NCBI RefSeq assembly: GCF_046119375.1
Contig: NW_027366775.1
Span: forward strand, 1 to 64,000
Length of the DNA: 64,000 bases
Direction: 5' to 3'
Source of the DNA: Phyllobates terribilis
Taxonomy: Eukaryota
In this document: in pieces, positions 61,865 through 64,000 of the stretch
Numbering within the stretch: the first letter of the stretch is position 1
How the letters are laid out: every line of letters begins with the position of its first letter
Translations under genes and position numbers: made by a program
The notes under the pieces: model-generated
The model's input: the letters and a program-made list of their open reading frames with translations, nothing else
Database searches by the model: none
Told to the model about the DNA's origin: nothing

Positions 61865-64000
61865 CATGATCAAAGTGGATGCTTGTCAAAGTGGATCTTG
61901 CTAAAGCTTACGACGATAGAGTTCGCTGGGAATTTTTCGAGTCAGATTTGCTGGATGTGAGTTTGCCGGAAAAGCTTATTAAGTCCAGTATGCTTTGCTA
62001 GACGAATGGTGCTTTGAGTGTACTTTGGAATGGTGAAAGAACAGAGAATTTCATGCCTTCGCGAGGAATTAGGCAGGGCGATCTGTTATCTCCATACTTA
62101 TTTGTGCTTTGTATGGAGAGATTGTCGCAAATCATCCAACTCGTTGTTGATGAGGGCATATGGCAGTCGTGTTTATTCGGAGGTGTTTCTATCTCGCATG
62201 TTCTTTGTCGATGATCTAGTGCTTTTCACTCAAGCTACTCCGAATCAGGCCTCGGTGATCCGTGAGTGTCTGGATGATTTCTGTAGAGTCTTTGGCGGAA
62301 GGTGAACGACGATAAATGCAGCATACTCTTTTCTAAGTCGGTATCTGATGACCTCAGAGAGACGATCGTCTCGGATTTGAACATGCCTGAAGCACCGGAA
62401 TTTGGTGATTACCTCGGTGTCTCTACTGTCGTGGGTAGAATGAAAAAGAATATGGCTAATGCGGTTCTTTTGAGTATCCCTATCTCTTGTTGGTCGAGTG
62501 ACTTTGGCTAATGCGGTTCTTTTGAGTATCCATATATAATCGATGCAAACTCAATATCTTCCCCGGGGCCTTGTGATTCAATTGATAAGACAATTCGGAG
62601 CTTTATTTGGGGCTCAACTAACGAGCAATGCATACCTCATCTTCTCGCCTGGGACACGATAACTAAACCGAAGATGGAAGGAGGACTTGGCATTTGGCCA
62701 ATGAGAATTCAGAACTCAGTTATGCTGGCTAGACTTGGATGGATAGTCCTTACAGAACCTACGTCTCTATGGTCAAGAGTTATCAGTGGGAAATATTGCA
62801 ATGGGAGGGCTGATTCGGATATCTTTGAGAGAGCTAGAAATTCATCGCGAACCTGGAAGAGACTCACCCATGGAGCTCAGACTCTTTCCAAAGGATTGGG
62901 GATGGAACTTCAACGTTTTTCTGGGATCACACTTGGTTGGGTGACAAACCCTTAGGTGACTTGACTACTGGACCAATTTCGGAGAGCTTACATGGCGCTA
63001 CCGTGGCGGATATTTGGGTTTATGGAGAGTGGAATCTTAATGCAGTGATTGTTGTTCTTCCTCCAGATGTCTGCTCTCTGATTATGCTCTCCCCAACCCC
63101 TGATTCTTCCTTATCTGATAAAACTTTGTACCGACTAACCCCTTCCTAATTATTTTCTATGGCAACTGTTATGAAGACTCTACGGCCCGATGTAACTCCG
63201 ATTGCTCCTGCTAGCTTCTGGCGATCGATTTGGAAGGTTGAAGCTCAACAGAGACCGCGTCAATTCCTCTATCTATTGGCCCATGAGGGAATTCTCACTA
63301 ATGAAAGACGGGTTAGAAGACACGTGACAGATGATGATTCTTATCCGAGATGTGCTGAATCTGAAACCATTCTCCATGCTCTTCGGGACTGTTCGAAGAT
63401 CAGGCTTGCGTGGCTTGCTCTTGCAGGCAATTCTCTCCCCTAAAACTTCTTCTCTGTCGTTTCTCCTATCGAGTGGATCAAACTCAATCTATCGTTTTTG
63501 CCAAATTGGGCCAGTGTATTTGCTGTCATGATTTGGTATTCATGGAAAACCAGGAACGAACTTAGCTTCAACAATTCTGACTCCACAAGTTCCTTAACTT
63601 GCAGCGTCATTAAACAGATAAGAGCTTTGGCTGATGCTAAAATCCTAATGTCGAGACCTTGCTTGAATCCGAGTATTCCGCCTGCACATTAGGATCCACC
63701 CCCGAGAAATTGGCTTAAACTCAATGCCGATGGTTCTTCTAGAGGCAATCCATGAGTTGTTGGTGGAGGAGGCGTTATCAGAGACACCAATGGTTTGTTC
63801 AGACGCGCTTTCTGCTTCAGAATGCAAGGCGAAACGGATTTGTATAGTGAACTCATGGCGTGCTATAAGGGTCTGCTTTTGGCTGCAACTATGGGTATTG
63901 ATCAACTTATTCTCGAATCTGATTGTTCAGAAGCAGTCCGCCTGCTGTCCTCTCGTGTTCTCCCTGCTCATCGCCACTTTGGAATCATTCAACGCAGCTG
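61865..64000 (+). pseudogene. L1 LINE ORF2 3' part: RT, zinc-binding region and RNaseH-like domain (5'-truncated, degenerate)
   Basis: VKVDLAKAYD; PSRGIRQGDLLSPYLFVLCMERL; DDLVLF; EGGLGI; WKVEAQQR...ETILHALRDC; WLKLNADGSSRGNP...LILESDCSEAV. Confidence 0.92.

Overview
AT-rich plant (probably eudicot) heterochromatin made almost entirely of old, nested retrotransposons. I found no host gene, rRNA gene, tRNA gene or CRISPR array. Left to right: (1) the 5' part of an L1 LINE on the minus strand; (2) an Ale-like copia (about 3351-16937, minus) broken by a complete Tork-like copia (TSD ATATG), Sirevirus-like LTR pieces, an Athila fragment and an Athila-type solo LTR; (3) a Sirevirus RT/RNaseH split by a two-LTR gag+protease-only Athila-type element, which itself holds a 1.8 kb CRM-type mini-element with asymmetric, internally inverted LTRs (TSD CTCTC); (4) a decayed Cassandra-like 5S-derived TRIM; (5) a probable ~26.6 kb expanded Athila-type element with an env-like ORF, carrying a hAT-like MITE, several LTRs, a solo LTR (TSD CTTTC) interrupted by a non-autonomous CRM element, and an RT-less Sirevirus with an env-like ORF; (6) a truncated Ale-like copia and the 3' part of a second L1 LINE on the plus strand. 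Two CRM-type insertions suggest a centromere-proximal location (inference). Lineage names come from motif recognition and identities are by-eye estimates; neither comes from database searches. I see no clearly new biological system. The most unusual items are the rearranged CRM mini-element, the 5S-derived TRIM relic and the repeated loss of RT from otherwise structured elements.
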